64,000 bases of DNA from Alphaproteobacteria bacterium (GTDB taxonomy: Bacteria > Pseudomonadota > Alphaproteobacteria > UBA2966): NCBI GenBank assembly GCA_018650465.1, contig JABIFY010000035.1, positions 45,526 through 109,525 of the forward strand, given 5' to 3'. The notes beneath the pieces were generated by a model, which saw only the letters and a list, made by a program, of their open reading frames with translations, searched no databases and had not been told where the DNA came from. The position numbers were made by a program, and so were the translations under genes. Shown one piece after another: positions 62,732 through 64,000 of this stretch; the stretch's first letter is position 1, and the number at the start of each line of letters is the position of its first letter.

Positions 62732-64000
62732 ATGCCCGAAGTCAGCAAAACTGCACCTGAAATTGCTTGGTCCGCCTGTCCGCACGATTGTCCATCAACC
62801 TGTGCCTTGCAGGTAGAAAAACTGGACGACAAGACCATTGGCCGGGTGCATGGTGCGGCTGAAAATACCTATACGGCGGGTGTGGTTTGCGCCAAGGTGG
62901 CGCGTTATGCCGAACGGACCCATCATGAAGGCCGCTTGACAACGCCCCTGAAACGCACAGGCCCCAAGGGCTCCGGCCAGTTTGAGGAAATCTCCTGGGA
63001 CGAAGCGCTGGATACGGTGGCCGATGAATTTCGCAAAGCCACGGAAAAACACGGGGCAGAGACCGTCTGGCCACACTTTTATGCGGGCACCATGGGCCTT
63101 GTGCAGCGCGATGGTATTCAACGTCTGCGCCACGCCATGGGCTATTCCCAAATGCTGGGCACAGTTTGCACGGCTTTGGTCGATGCCGGCTGGATGGCTG
63201 GCACAGGGCGCAAAACCGGCCCCGATCCACGTGAAATGGCCGACGCTGATCTGCTGGTATTATGGGGCACGAACGCCGTCAGCACCCAGGTCAATGTCAT
63301 GACCCACGTGGCGAAAGCCCGCAAAAACCGCGGTGCGAAACTGATTGTTATTGACCCCTACAAAAATCCGACAGCCTCGACAGCGGATACACATCTGTGC
63401 CTGAAGCCCGGCACCGACGGCGCTCTGGCCTGTGCCCTCATGCATGTGGCCTTTCGCGATGGCTATGCCGACCGGGATTACATGGCGGAATACACCGATG
63501 TGCCGGAAGAATTCGAAGCCCATCTGAAAGACAAGACCCCGGCCTGGGCGGCTGAAATTACCGGCCTGACGGTGGAAGAAATCGAAGACTTCGCTAAAAT
63601 TTATGGCACGACGGATCGTGCCTTTATTCGCATGGGTTATGGTTTTTCACGCTCTCGCAACGGGGCGGTCAATGTGCATGCGGTCACCTGCCTTCCGGGC
63701 GTGACCGGTAAATGGAAGCATCCCTCCGGTGGTATTTTCTACAGCAACGGCGGCATTTTCCACTGGGATAAAACCCTGATTGAAGGCCAGGATGTGCTGG
63801 ACCCGAACACGCGCACGCTGGACCAATCACGCATTGGCCCGATCCTTACGGGCAACAAAACCGACCTGGGCGATGGCCCACCCGTGACGGCCATGCTGAT
63901 CCAGAACACCAATCCCATGGTGATTTCACCGGAACAGAACCTGGTGCACCAGGGCTTTGCCCGCGAAGACCTGTTCGTCTGTGTACATGAACAGATGATG
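62732..64000 (+). CDS. Molybdopterin (bis-MGD) oxidoreductase family protein, 5' part; runs off the window end
   Basis: Own translation from the ATG at 62732 (gagga SD): MPEVSKTAPEIAWSACPHDCPSTCALQVEKLDD...VLWGTNAVSTQVN...IVIDPYKNPT...CLKPGTDGALA. N-terminal Cys cluster. In frame to base 64000 (423 codons). Absent from the ORF track because it is truncated. Confidence 0.8.
   Translation, partial: MPEVSKTAPEIAWSACPHDCPSTCALQVEKLDDKTIGRVHGAAENTYTAGVVCAKVARYAERTHHEGRLTTPLKRTGPKGSGQFEEISWDEALDTVADEFRKATEKHGAETVWPHFYAGTMGLVQRDGIQRLRHAMGYSQMLGTVCTALVDAGWMAGTGRKTGPDPREMADADLLVLWGTNAVSTQVNVMTHVAKARKNRGAKLIVIDPYKNPTASTADTHLCLKPGTDGALACALMHVAFRDGYADRDYMAEYTDVPEEFEAHLKDKTPAWAAEITGLTVEEIEDFAKIYGTTDRAFIRMGYGFSRSRNGAVNVHAVTCLPGVTGKWKHPSGGIFYSNGGIFHWDKTLIEGQDVLDPNTRTLDQSRIGPILTGNKTDLGDGPPVTAMLIQNTNPMVISPEQNLVHQGFAREDLFVCVHEQMM

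Noticed and set aside
1-64000. Scan for tRNA, rRNA, CRISPR arrays, transposases, integrases, toxin-antitoxin pairs or known defence genes.
   Set aside because: None were recognised. The only ggttcgaa-like string (about 28066) is inside the M17 peptidase CDS, with no tRNA context.

Overview
This is a 64-kb chromosomal window of roughly 55-58% GC. Gene content and synteny look alphaproteobacterial: ffs-dnaX-ybaB-recR, msbA-DUF374-waaA-lpxK-lpxL, a membrane-anchored cytochrome c, and yejABEF with two binding proteins. I support about 55 protein genes and one SRP RNA. By eye I found no tRNA, rRNA, CRISPR array, transposase or integrase. Most of the window is ordinary housekeeping. Four things stand out. 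(1) A 13-gene, tightly packed plus-strand catabolic cluster (1466-17635) sits beside a divergent TetR gene and a perfect 24-bp palindrome. It combines an ATP-dependent hydantoinase/lactamase-type A+B pair, a split B12 acyl-CoA mutase with an odd Gly6 segment, a CoxMSL-type molybdenum hydroxylase, an acyl-CoA dehydrogenase, a family III CoA-transferase, two acyl-CoA ligases and a thiolase. I cannot assign it to a known pathway. (2) A translationally coupled four-gene operon links korAB to two flavoproteins, one of them a GltD-like/ferredoxin fusion. (3) A ~1.5-kb AT-rich islet (54288-55791) carries an orphan membrane protein and a small ORF with a strong SD that is interrupted by an in-frame TAG. 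(4) There are two intergenic repeat families. One is a 59-nt hairpin whose two copies differ mostly by compensatory base-pair changes. All family calls are by-eye motif recognition, no database search was possible, and novelty is unproven.
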